Shown here in pieces: positions 6,474 to 15,089 of a stretch of DNA of 36,526 bases (positions within the stretch are counted from its first letter, which is position 1; each line of letters starts with the position of its first letter). Below the pieces are notes generated by a model. The model searched no databases and was not told the origin of the DNA. It worked only from the letters and a program-made list of their open reading frames with translations. Both the position numbers and the translations under genes were made by a program. Source of the DNA: a virus (lineage: Duplodnaviria; Caudoviricetes); IMG/VR virus record IMGVR_UViG_3300024254_000019, positions 1-36,526 of that record; one strand, written 5' to 3'.

Positions 6474-6625
6474 ATGGGGCTCCTATCGCTTCAAGTTCAT
6501 CGTGGGCGTCCCAACCTGCCGCCAGTGGTAGGCCCGTCAGGGGAGGACCAGTCAATCAGCCCCCAACTGCCAAGGCCCGAGCGCGTGGTCCGAGAGGGTC
6601 TGGCACTAACAAAGTTATACGCCCG

Positions 6626-7825
6626 TCAGACCATACGATCATCAACAAATCGCCAATCGCAATAACCTTTCCCATCAATCCCAACCTTGCGGGCTAACGC
6701 CGGAGATAGATCCAGGCCGGCGGCATTGCTCGGCACCTTGCCGGCATTCGGTCCCGTTGGCAAAGGCTGCTCGGTTTCGTAATGCGTTTCTGCCGACGGT
6801 CGTTCGTCGCCGAGCACGTAGTCGTCATCATCGATATTCCACGGGCCGACGTCCCAAATCTCAGCTATTGCGCTCAGCCCAGTGACGCGGTTGAACACCT
6901 TCACCTTCGGTCGCGGCGTGTCCCTCCACTTCCACGGCAAGGCGACATACAAATCCGAGTCATTCAAAAACTTGTCGCCGTCATAGGCCGAATAGTTGGG
7001 ATCGCCCGAGCCGCCAAACACCGTCGTTTCAATGTCCCTATGGTTGGATTGGATCTCCGGTTCGGGCGGTGACTTGTTGTGGAAATTCTCACCATTGATC
7101 ACCAACACCACGTCACCGTGCAGGCTGATCGTCAGGTCAACCAGTTGCTCGCCGCCTTCATGGCCCTTCACCAACGTGCCATTGACGATGACCGTCACGT
7201 CGCCAACCACGTTACTGGTAACCTCGACGCGGTTATCCTCGGTAATCACCTCCGGCGGCTGTTCTGGTTCCGGTGGTTCCTCCGGCATATCATCAAGGTT
7301 GATCCCTGCCATACTCTCGGCGATTGCTTCCACCAGGGCTGCGTAATTTTCGGCATACGCCTCGCAGTCGTGACGACTATCTCCGAAAAAACACTCAAGA
7401 AGTATGGCCGGGGGGTTAGTGTTCACCAAAAACGAGAGCGAATTCGAATATTTTGCCGAACGATCTGGAAGATTCAGCGCCTCCGCCATCGCCGCCGATA
7501 CCTTAGCGGCCAAGGTCTTCTGTGTGTAATACCAGACTTCGCAGCCAACTGGGCCATCACCACCGCCGGCGTTGAGATGGCAACTCACGGCTAGGTCAGC
7601 ATTCTGCTGGTTTGTCCAGTTATTTATATTGGCAAGATATTGCGATTGCGATGTGCTCGTCGTATCGAAAAACATCGGGCATTCGACACCGTGCGCTTCC
7701 AAGAGGGCTGAAACGTCGGTGCAAATTTTCAGGCATTCATCAACCTCGTCACACTCAGGCGGAACCGGATTACCGCGCATGCCCCTTACCTTTTGCGAAT
7801 GCCCGACTGACAATGCTATGCGCAT
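6626..7825 (-). CDS. Endolysin: N-acetylmuramoyl-L-alanine amidase (Amidase_3) with a C-terminal DPBB/RlpA-like domain
   Basis: GGAGG SD; zinc/catalytic motifs SVGH, E, SCHLNA, ILLECFF; C-terminal WDVGPW...DLSPALARKVG. Confidence 0.85.
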   Translation of the reverse strand: MRIALSVGHSQKVRGMRGNPVPPECDEVDECLKICTDVSALLEAHGVECPMFFDTTSTSQSQYLANINNWTNQQNADLAVSCHLNAGGGDGPVGCEVWYYTQKTLAAKVSAAMAEALNLPDRSAKYSNSLSFLVNTNPPAILLECFFGDSRHDCEAYAENYAALVEAIAESMAGINLDDMPEEPPEPEQPPEVITEDNRVEVTSNVVGDVTVIVNGTLVKGHEGGEQLVDLTISLHGDVVLVINGENFHNKSPPEPEIQSNHRDIETTVFGGSGDPNYSAYDGDKFLNDSDLYVALPWKWRDTPRPKVKVFNRVTGLSAIAEIWDVGPWNIDDDDYVLGDERPSAETHYETEQPLPTGPNAGKVPSNAAGLDLSPALARKVGIDGKGYCDWRFVDDRMV

Positions 7826-7853
7826 TTGCTATCCTCCAATCGCCGGAAATAGG

Positions 7854-8075
7854 TCATTGCATGTCCTCCAATATGTGATGAATTTCATCGCAGGTTTCCA
7901 CCACCGAAATAAATCTTCCGTCAGTGGTGTGGATCAGGCAGCGCGTTCCAGGCGCAAAATGATCGGTGCCGCGCGGCGTGCGGAAATCAATGATGCTTTT
8001 GGGATTGAGTTGGATGACTTGATTATCGGGACCGGTGAGCTGAATAAACGCCGTCGCCGCCAGCATGGCAAGCAT
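7854..8075 (-). CDS. FlbD-like small protein, 73 aa
   Basis: FIQLTGPDNQVIQLNPKSI...CLIHTTDGRFISVVETCDEI resembles the FlbD family pattern; TGATG coupling at 8075. Confidence 0.55.
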   Translation of the reverse strand: MLAMLAATAFIQLTGPDNQVIQLNPKSIIDFRTPRGTDHFAPGTRCLIHTTDGRFISVVETCDEIHHILEDMQ

Positions 8076-8818
8076 CACAAGACCCGGATGATGAATGGCA
8101 GGCCGAACGTCCAGGCGATCACCTGGCCGGCGGATACGGTGCCGGTGGTGGTGCTGAGCCCGGAGGGTATTATGCCGGTGGCGGTTGCCTGGCCGATCGG
8201 CGCCCGACCGCGCAAGTCGGGAACGGCGAAATTGGCGCCGCTGCCGCCATAGGTGTAACTGATCAACGCAAATAGCGCCGGATAGGTCGCTGTCGGATAC
8301 TGCGTGCCATCGCACAACTTATACCGCGTGTTTGGCACGCTGGCGCTGACGGCATACGGCATGATTCCGCCAATCGGCACAAGCCAATCCGTGACCGGCG
8401 GATTGAGTAGGTAAAAGCAGCCGTCCGTGTTGTTGTAGACAAAAATGTAATATGCGCCGCTGACCAATTGCCCGCTGGCAACGGCTTGGCCAGGCGAGTT
8501 GCGCAATGCCTTGGCGCCCAGGCCGTCAACGTTGAGCGTCGGGCTCGATCCGCAAGTCGTGTGCGGCACGATGCCGATCATCTTGCCGTTAAGCGCGGTC
8601 GCCAGATTGGTGAAAACCTGATTGCTGGTCACCGTGTACGCGGTGCTTGTGCCGCCGGTGACAATGCCGCTGACGTCGTCGCGATATTTTGCAACCGCCG
8701 CCATCATCGCGCGAGCGCTGTTGTTGATGCTGCTCGGCGCCTGACCTTCCTGCCAATTGATCGTCGCGTCCGCCGTGTCGTTGCTCGCGGCGGTCTTAGA
8801 CCATGTAAAAAGGGTCAT
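8075..8818 (-). CDS. Tail-collar domain protein (paralogue 2)
   Basis: Likely start MTLFTWSK at 8818 (ATGA); PIGGIMPYA...CDG...YPALFALI...YGG...FAVPDLRGR collar motif. Confidence 0.8.
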   Translation of the reverse strand: MTLFTWSKTAASNDTADATINWQEGQAPSSINNSARAMMAAVAKYRDDVSGIVTGGTSTAYTVTSNQVFTNLATALNGKMIGIVPHTTCGSSPTLNVDGLGAKALRNSPGQAVASGQLVSGAYYIFVYNNTDGCFYLLNPPVTDWLVPIGGIMPYAVSASVPNTRYKLCDGTQYPTATYPALFALISYTYGGSGANFAVPDLRGRAPIGQATATGIIPSGLSTTTGTVSAGQVIAWTFGLPFIIRVL

Positions 8819-9615
8819 ATGATTCTCATGATGTAGGGAATGACGATCGTCCACGAGTTGACCGTTCCGGCGGTCGTCGCGCTCCCCGTGGTGGTCGTCA
8901 GTGATCGCGGAATCGCGCCGCTCGATGTGCGCTCGCCGATGGTGGTCAAGCCTTCGAGATTTGGCAGCATGAACCCAGACGTTTCCGTTCCGGGCAGCGT
9001 GCCGATGCCATAGTTGTAGCCGATCAATGCAAACAGCGTTGCATAAATGGTTGGGTCCAACACCGTGGTACTGTTGCAAAATGCAAACTTCGCGCTTGGC
9101 AATAGCGTGCCGGCATAAAGCAAAACCGCACCAACTGGCACGTTCTGATCGAGATCCGCCGGCGGGTTTTCCAGATAAAAGAAACCATCTGACGTCTTGT
9201 AGCGGATGAGATATGGAACGCTTGGCAGCAACTGACCTTCAATTACCGCATTGCCAGGACTGTTTTTGAGTGAGGCAATCGAAACCGCATCGATATTTAT
9301 TGTTGGCGCATTTGCCGATTGAAAATCGGGGACGATGGCGACGGTCTGATGATCGTTGAATGCGCTTATTGGGCCGAGTACCTGAAAGTTTTGGTTGCTG
9401 GTGCCAACGTATGCCGCGCCGTTCGGATCGGCGCCGAAATACGGGTAGCTGACGGTTGCCATCCCGCCCATATCGGCGGCATATTTGGCCAAGCCGGCCA
9501 TCATCGCCCGCATTGAATCATTGAATGCCGGCGGTGGCATGTTCTCGATCAGATTAACCGTCGGATCAGCGCTGCCGTTGGTCAGCGCCGTGCTCGACCA
9601 CGTCCAAACGGTCAT
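8815..9615 (-). CDS. Tail-collar domain protein (paralogue 1)
   Basis: VPVGAVLLYAG...FCN...YATLFALIGYNYG...FMLPNLEG collar motif. Confidence 0.8.
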   Translation of the reverse strand: MTVWTWSSTALTNGSADPTVNLIENMPPPAFNDSMRAMMAGLAKYAADMGGMATVSYPYFGADPNGAAYVGTSNQNFQVLGPISAFNDHQTVAIVPDFQSANAPTINIDAVSIASLKNSPGNAVIEGQLLPSVPYLIRYKTSDGFFYLENPPADLDQNVPVGAVLLYAGTLLPSAKFAFCNSTTVLDPTIYATLFALIGYNYGIGTLPGTETSGFMLPNLEGLTTIGERTSSGAIPRSLTTTTGSATTAGTVNSWTIVIPYIMRII

Positions 9616-10226
9616 GCGGTGCGGCCTCGCGGCTGGATGCGGGGTGCAAAATACGGCGCTGGCATTTGCGGCAGTGCCGCGAGCTGCATCATCGGAGCGA
9701 GTTGCAGGAACGCCGGCGCCTGCCCCGTAGCCATCGCCGCCGGCGCCCTGCCTGCCCCGGCCGCACCACCAAGGCGGCCGAGCAGATTGGCAACCGTGTC
9801 ACCCGCTGGCGCGGACGGCCCTCCGAGAACGCCTCCCGCCGGGCTTGGCGTGGCCGCTGGCGCGGTATTTGCCACTACGTCCGACGGCGGTCCCTGGCCG
9901 CCTATCCCTTGCCATTGGCCGATGCCGACCCTGGCGGCGCCGTGCCATGGTCCCCATCCGACTTGGGCCGCACGCCGCAAGGCATAGTCGATCGTCGCCC
10001 GTTCATTGGCCGGATCGGACGGGTTTAGCCCGGTATCGCGCTGGAATTCATTGCCAACGCCGCCACCTGTGTATAATTGAAAGGCGCCGAACGATTTGCC
10101 ATTGTCGCCAATTGGGTCTTTCAGTCCCTCGGATTGAGCGACCCGCAAAGCGACGTCGGGATCAATGCCATATTTTGTTGCAGTTTCGCGGATATAGTCC
10201 GTTAAACCGCGGGGATCGTTGGGCAT
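9612..10226 (-). CDS. Virion-associated lytic transglycosylase/lysozyme-like protein
   Basis: IRETATKYGIDPDVALRVAQSEG...SFGAFQL...GWGPW; start uncertain (ATG 10226 or TTG 10301). Confidence 0.75.
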   Translation of the reverse strand: MPNDPRGLTDYIRETATKYGIDPDVALRVAQSEGLKDPIGDNGKSFGAFQLYTGGGVGNEFQRDTGLNPSDPANERATIDYALRRAAQVGWGPWHGAARVGIGQWQGIGGQGPPSDVVANTAPAATPSPAGGVLGGPSAPAGDTVANLLGRLGGAAGAGRAPAAMATGQAPAFLQLAPMMQLAALPQMPAPYFAPRIQPRGRTA

Positions 10227-10655
10227 ATGCTTTGGGCTTGGTTGTTCGGTTTTGGGTTTGTGGCGTTCTGTCTGATCGTCAACTTCTGGCGGTCGCTGCA
10301 AATACTAATCTTTGGCGCCGTCGTTATCGCCCTGATCCCGTATCGCGACGCCTTCAATAGCAACCCCGCGGTCAGCAACATTTTAGGCTTAGCCGCAGCG
10401 TTCATTGTGACGTGGGCAATCTCTGCTGTTGTTGATTGGCGTTTAAGAGCGCGAGCAAAGCGGGAATACTTGCAGCAAGCGCCCGATTTCCGCCGCCAGG
10501 ACCCGCCGCCAATGCCTGATTGGTCAGATAACGTTGACCAAGCGGGCTCATCATCAGCCTACCAGCAGCCCAGGGCGCCATCACACCAACGCCCGCGCTC
10601 GCCAGTCCCGGAATTCCTCCCGCTGCAAAGCCGCCGCCAAGAGCCGCGAGTTTAG
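10227..10655 (+). CDS. Opposite-strand membrane protein with about 3 TM helices
   Basis: Three hydrophobic segments in the first 70 aa, occupying the gap between two - strand genes; the tail overlaps 10402..12087 antisense. Confidence 0.5.
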   Translation: MLWAWLFGFGFVAFCLIVNFWRSLQILIFGAVVIALIPYRDAFNSNPAVSNILGLAAAFIVTWAISAVVDWRLRARAKREYLQQAPDFRRQDPPPMPDWSDNVDQAGSSSAYQQPRAPSHQRPRSPVPEFLPLQSRRQEPRV

Positions 10656-12087
10656 CAACCGGACCAAGCCGCGAAGCCGTGCCACTGTCCTGCAACGGTT
10701 TCATGATCGCATTGCCGGCGCGTGCCAAGGGCGAAAAGTCACCGAGCCCGCGCGCATAAGCGCCCTGTTTTTGGCTATCTATCGCCTGCTTAAGTCGCGC
10801 CGGGGTGATCTGGCCAAATGCCGCTTCCTCGCTGGTGCTGCCCACGGCCTTTTCGATCGTCAGCAGATTGCCCCACTGTTTGCGCGCTTGGCTCCAAAGT
10901 TGCGCGTCCGCCGTGTTTTTCAAGCCGCCTTGCACCGCGGCATCAAGGGCGGATTTCATGTCGTAGAGCGCTGAGCGTAGTTCCGGGCTCGATGTGGTGC
11001 GCGCGTCGCGCCCGATCTGCGATTGAATCGCCTGATAGGAATCGCCATCAATCCGGCCGCCAACGCGACTGATGACGTCTTTTAATGCCGGGGACTCGGC
11101 GCCGGTCAGCCGCTGATAGTCACCAGCGATCGCCTTGGCGGCAGTATCAAAGCCGGGAATCGGAATATTGCGGTTGCGCGCCGCGACCGTGTTGAACACG
11201 TCGCCGATATCAGTGCGCGCTTGATTGAGCACGTCCGGCGTCGCCGCCTCGCCGTTGATGCCAGCTTTCCGCAGTACCGCTTGGGTATATTGCTGATTCA
11301 TCCGATCAACGTTGGCGCGATAGGTTTCGCCCCCGAGCTGCGATTCCGCAGCCTTGAGCGCCTTTGATCCTGTCGCCATCGAGGCCGGTACCTGCACGCC
11401 TTCGCTTTGCAACGTGCTCAATGCAGCTTGCCGCTCCGGCGCGATTGGGAATGGCGTCACCGCGCGGCGCGCGGCGGTCGGCACCGCACCGGCAGCGAGC
11501 GCGCCACCGACGCCGCCAACCGCGCGGGCGATCGGCTCGACGTCGGTGCCCTTGAACAGTTGGCCGGCCGCTTCCGAGCCGAGCGCCGGCACCGCAACGT
11601 TCTGCACCGCCCGCCGGACGATGCCGCCGGGACCAGCCGCTAAACCGGGCAGAAACGGAATCGCGGTCGACACCGCCGATCCCGGCAAGCTTTGCGCTTG
11701 ATAGTTGACCGCTTCCGGACCAACCGCATTTTCGAGTGTCGAGGTGACTTGTGGCGTGGTCGGTGCGACCTTGATCAAACCGGAAAACGGCACCGCGCCG
11801 CCAATGGTCGATTTGATGTATTGGGTCGTTTGCGGCGATAACCCGGCCTGCTTACCGAGCCAATCGGCCAGACTTGACGCGCCTTGCCGAATGTCGCCGA
11901 TACCGCCCGCCATGCTGGCTGCGGTGCGCAATCCCGAGCCGACGGCCGATTTGCGGATGTCCTGACCGACGCTCGGGGCTTCCCATGGATTGCCCTCGAT
12001 GTCGGTCACGTTGGCGGTCGGCGTCCCGGAGGCCGGAACCGAAGACTCGGTCGCCCAAGGGTTCTCGTTGACGTCGGTGATTGGCAT
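10402..12087 (-). CDS. Putative DNA ejection / internal virion protein
   Basis: Ala/Gly-rich helical protein in the ejection-gene position; start MPITDVNE coupled by TAATG. Confidence 0.65.
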   Translation of the reverse strand: MPITDVNENPWATESSVPASGTPTANVTDIEGNPWEAPSVGQDIRKSAVGSGLRTAASMAGGIGDIRQGASSLADWLGKQAGLSPQTTQYIKSTIGGAVPFSGLIKVAPTTPQVTSTLENAVGPEAVNYQAQSLPGSAVSTAIPFLPGLAAGPGGIVRRAVQNVAVPALGSEAAGQLFKGTDVEPIARAVGGVGGALAAGAVPTAARRAVTPFPIAPERQAALSTLQSEGVQVPASMATGSKALKAAESQLGGETYRANVDRMNQQYTQAVLRKAGINGEAATPDVLNQARTDIGDVFNTVAARNRNIPIPGFDTAAKAIAGDYQRLTGAESPALKDVISRVGGRIDGDSYQAIQSQIGRDARTTSSPELRSALYDMKSALDAAVQGGLKNTADAQLWSQARKQWGNLLTIEKAVGSTSEEAAFGQITPARLKQAIDSQKQGAYARGLGDFSPLARAGNAIMKPLQDSGTASRLGPVAKLAALGGGFAAGGIPGLASAGVGVMAPWAAGRLMMSPLGQRYLTNQALAAGPGGGNRALAASIPALLALLNANQQQQRLPTSQ

Positions 12088-13199
12088 TAGGGTGCCCACA
12101 TCTGATATTTGCCGTTCGGGCCGGGTTTTTCAGAATAGTATTTGCCGTTCGGTGCCAGCTTGAAGCCGGCCGGCGGCTGCACGGCTGCTGTTTGGGGCGT
12201 CGGCGGTGGTGTCGGCGCGGTGTCGCCCTTGGCGATGCGGATGGCGTTGGCCCGCCCTGTGGTCACCACATCGCGCAGATCCTTGAGTGCGCCGTTGAAC
12301 TGATCGAGCGTTTGCGCGCGTGACAGGGCGGCAATGGCTTGCTCGCCCTTTTGGCCTTCGATTTCACTGATGGCACCGGCGCCCTTGAGCTGCCCATAGG
12401 CGCGCAGGAACACTTGCCCCTGCAATTGCCCGCGCACGGTGTCGAAATTCTGCGCTTCTGGCGTTAACGGCGGTAAATGTCCCATCACGGCGCCGACCGC
12501 CTTGGCCTTGCCGGGGTGATTGTCAACTTGATCGATCAGTTTCAGCGCCTGATCGGCGGACGCCAAGGTGTTCGGCAGCGTGGCGGCGGCTTGGCCTTGT
12601 GCGGTGCCGGCTGCGCGCTGTGCCGCCAGATCCTGCGGCGACGTGCCGGGCACTAACACCCGCGTTCCGCCGCCGAGCGCCATTGGCCCCATCGCACCGG
12701 GCGGCGGCGCCAGCGGCGTTGTTTGGATTGGCCCGCCGGATGGCGGTGCGGGTGCCGCGGCCGGCGCCTGGCCTGGCAATGGCGGCTGAAACTGAATCCC
12801 GGTCGCGCCGGGCTCTAGCGTCTTGAATTCCGGCGCGGTGAATTGCGGCCTGAATTCTCCGGTTTGTGCGTTGAATGATCCGGTGGTGTTGCCGATGTTA
12901 TGCGCCGCAAAGGTCGGGTTGAGTTTGGCAACCTCGGCTTTGAACACGTCCGGGTTTTGCACTGCCAAGGCTGCGCGCTTTGGCTCGACTCCATTGGCAA
13001 CCAAGGTCTGAAATACTTGCTGCTGGAATTGCTGGCCCGCACCAATCTCATCAGTTGCCTGTCCTGTAGCCACGCCCCTTATGAGATTGCCGATTGCCGA
13101 CGCTGGACTGCCGGATTGCAAGAAATTCTGCGCACCAACGCCAAGATTACCGAATAAACCGCCGAGGTTTCGTCCGACGTCGTCAAGTATTCCGGGCAT
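12087..13199 (-). CDS. Putative DNA ejection protein
   Basis: AAGGA SD; C-terminal LKGAGAISEIEG motif typical of podoviral ejection proteins; position. Confidence 0.65.
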   Translation of the reverse strand: MPGILDDVGRNLGGLFGNLGVGAQNFLQSGSPASAIGNLIRGVATGQATDEIGAGQQFQQQVFQTLVANGVEPKRAALAVQNPDVFKAEVAKLNPTFAAHNIGNTTGSFNAQTGEFRPQFTAPEFKTLEPGATGIQFQPPLPGQAPAAAPAPPSGGPIQTTPLAPPPGAMGPMALGGGTRVLVPGTSPQDLAAQRAAGTAQGQAAATLPNTLASADQALKLIDQVDNHPGKAKAVGAVMGHLPPLTPEAQNFDTVRGQLQGQVFLRAYGQLKGAGAISEIEGQKGEQAIAALSRAQTLDQFNGALKDLRDVVTTGRANAIRIAKGDTAPTPPPTPQTAAVQPPAGFKLAPNGKYYSEKPGPNGKYQMWAP

Positions 13200-13212
13200 G
13201 ACGCATTTTCCT

Positions 13213-14244
13213 TTATTTCGGAATCAACAATTTAGCCGCATTGCCGGCGCCGCCGCCGCCTTGGCCGCCGAACAGGTTGGAAAACACCTGCGACCAGCCG
13301 AGCGCATCTTGCAGCAATGATGGATTGTTGGTTGTGTTCGTCTGACCGAGATTTTGCCCCTGCTGGATTTGATTGCTGGTTTGCGTGCCGGTTTGGTTGG
13401 CTGTGCCGGTGTTGGTACCGGTCTGCGTCCCGAATGCCTGTGCGAGCGGCAAGCCGAGGCTCGCGAGATATTGCAGATTCTGTTGCGGGATACCCTGTTG
13501 CAGCGATTGTGCCGCCAGCATCATCTGCGGCGTGAAGCTGAGCGCATTCAGCGATGACGGCACGCCGGTCGTGATGCCCTGCAGAATATTGCTGATGGCG
13601 TTCTGATTGTTGTTTCCCATAAGGCCATAGCCGGCCAGGGCACCGGCAAGCCCTTGCTGCCCGGCCTGAAGCATTTGCGAAACTTGGGTGTTGTACTGAT
13701 TGGCCAAAATGGGATTGTTAGCCGCGGTGATGCCGCGCGCCACCGCTTGCGAATTGCCCGGCGACACATCGCGCCCAGCACCGGCAAATTGTGAGGTAAT
13801 GCGGTTGCTGACGTCAGAGGCTTGTTGGTCGAGCGTTGCCTGCAATGCAGGACTGATCGCCCCGAGTGTCTGATTCAGGATTGGTGACAATGCGCCCTGA
13901 TATTGATCGATCAGACCTTGAATTTGAGGGTTGAGCGCGTTCGCGCCGCCGCCTTGCAACAGGCCACCCGTCGCCCCGGTGATCATCGACGTGAACGGAT
14001 TTCCCGCCTGCGCCTGCTGCATCAGAATATCAATTGCGCCTTGCTGCTGCGGGTTGATGCCGGTCGGCTGCGTGTTCAGGCCAGTAATGAGATTCGACAA
14101 CAACGGATTTGTTTGCGCCCATGGCGTCGTGAATTGCGTTTGGTTGCCGGTATAGCCGCTATTTTGCGTGCTGTTTTGGGAGCCGACCGCATTCAAACTC
14201 TGATTTTGGTTGGCATTTTGCTGTTGCGTTGACTGGCCGCCCAT
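13213..14244 (-). CDS. Gln/Asn/Gly-rich putative ejection protein (P22 gp7-like position)
   Basis: AGGAG SD; MGGQS start, QFAGAGR motif, low charge. Confidence 0.6.
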   Translation of the reverse strand: MGGQSTQQQNANQNQSLNAVGSQNSTQNSGYTGNQTQFTTPWAQTNPLLSNLITGLNTQPTGINPQQQGAIDILMQQAQAGNPFTSMITGATGGLLQGGGANALNPQIQGLIDQYQGALSPILNQTLGAISPALQATLDQQASDVSNRITSQFAGAGRDVSPGNSQAVARGITAANNPILANQYNTQVSQMLQAGQQGLAGALAGYGLMGNNNQNAISNILQGITTGVPSSLNALSFTPQMMLAAQSLQQGIPQQNLQYLASLGLPLAQAFGTQTGTNTGTANQTGTQTSNQIQQGQNLGQTNTTNNPSLLQDALGWSQVFSNLFGGQGGGGAGNAAKLLIPK

Positions 14245-14252
14245 GGTGGCTC

Positions 14253-14612
14253 CTACGTGCTCTTGCCGCGATTGAACAGCGCGCCCGGCTGGAACAGCGG
14301 ATTATTGAGGATGTTTGCTGCCAGCGGGCTGTTCGGATTGGCGAGCGCAAATTGGTTGAGCACCGAATACAGCGGCAAGCCAGCCGGCGTGGTTTGCGCC
14401 ATCGGGTCGGGATTGATCACGCCGCCTTGGTTTTCCGGATTGGTGATCTGCTGTTGCACATCGGGTGTTACAGTTCCAGGCTGATTGGCCATGGCATTCC
14501 TCTCCATTGGCATTGGCAAGTAACCGAGCGCGCCGCCGGTGTTGCCCGACAATTGGTTCGGCACGGTTGCCGAGCCGAGATCCAACCCGGTGTTATCCGG
14601 CTTGCCGCCCAT
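14253..14612 (-). CDS. Hypothetical virion-associated protein (MGGKPD...)
   Basis: TGATG coupling; in late-operon order. Confidence 0.55.
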   Translation of the reverse strand: MGGKPDNTGLDLGSATVPNQLSGNTGGALGYLPMPMERNAMANQPGTVTPDVQQQITNPENQGGVINPDPMAQTTPAGLPLYSVLNQFALANPNSPLAANILNNPLFQPGALFNRGKST

Positions 14613-14902
14613 CAGCGATGGCCCTTTTTCTTGGTCGCCGGTTTTTTGGCTTTTTTCGGCTTGGCTTCGACTTCATCGTCGTTGTCATCATCGTCCGAGT
14701 CGTCGTATTCATAATCCTCGGCTTCGGCGCCCTCGATCATTGCCGCATGGTTGGCCGGTTCTGCTGCCGGTTCTGGATCGTCATCGAGTTCGATCAGCCG
14801 CCAATCGGCGAGTTGTTCGAGCATCTGAGCAACCTCTGACATTGTCAGGCGCACCGCCGCAGTGCTGTCGCGCAACCGCTGTATGATTTCGGTCTTGTTC
14901 AT
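14612..14902 (-). CDS. Hypothetical protein with an acidic tract and Lys-rich tail
   Basis: EDYEYDDSDDDDNDDE followed by KPKKAKKPATKKK. Confidence 0.65.
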   Translation of the reverse strand: MNKTEIIQRLRDSTAAVRLTMSEVAQMLEQLADWRLIELDDDPEPAAEPANHAAMIEGAEAEDYEYDDSDDDDNDDEVEAKPKKAKKPATKKKGHR

Positions 14903-14903
14903 G

Positions 14904-15089
14904 TCACTTCCCTGACTTGGATGTTGCCGGTTCCGGTGGGAGCGTGATTGTAATGCCGTTACTTTCCAACGTGCGGATCATCGTCACCACTTCCGCATGT
15001 GACAGTCGATCGCCGGCCGTAACGGTACGGATGCGCTCAACCAATACGGCCATGTCGTCATCGTCTAGCAGTGCTCGGGTTACGCTCAT
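14904..15089 (-). CDS. Hypothetical protein, 61 aa (MSVTRALLDDDD...)
   Basis: GGAGG SD, ATGA coupling at 15089; similar to the N-terminus of the next gene. Confidence 0.6.
   Translation of the reverse strand: MSVTRALLDDDDMAVLVERIRTVTAGDRLSHAEVVTMIRTLESNGITITLPPEPATSKSGK

Noticed and set aside
8075-9615. Diversity-generating retroelement TR/VR pair
   Set aside because: The paralogues diverge throughout rather than only at adenines, and no reverse transcriptase is present in the window.
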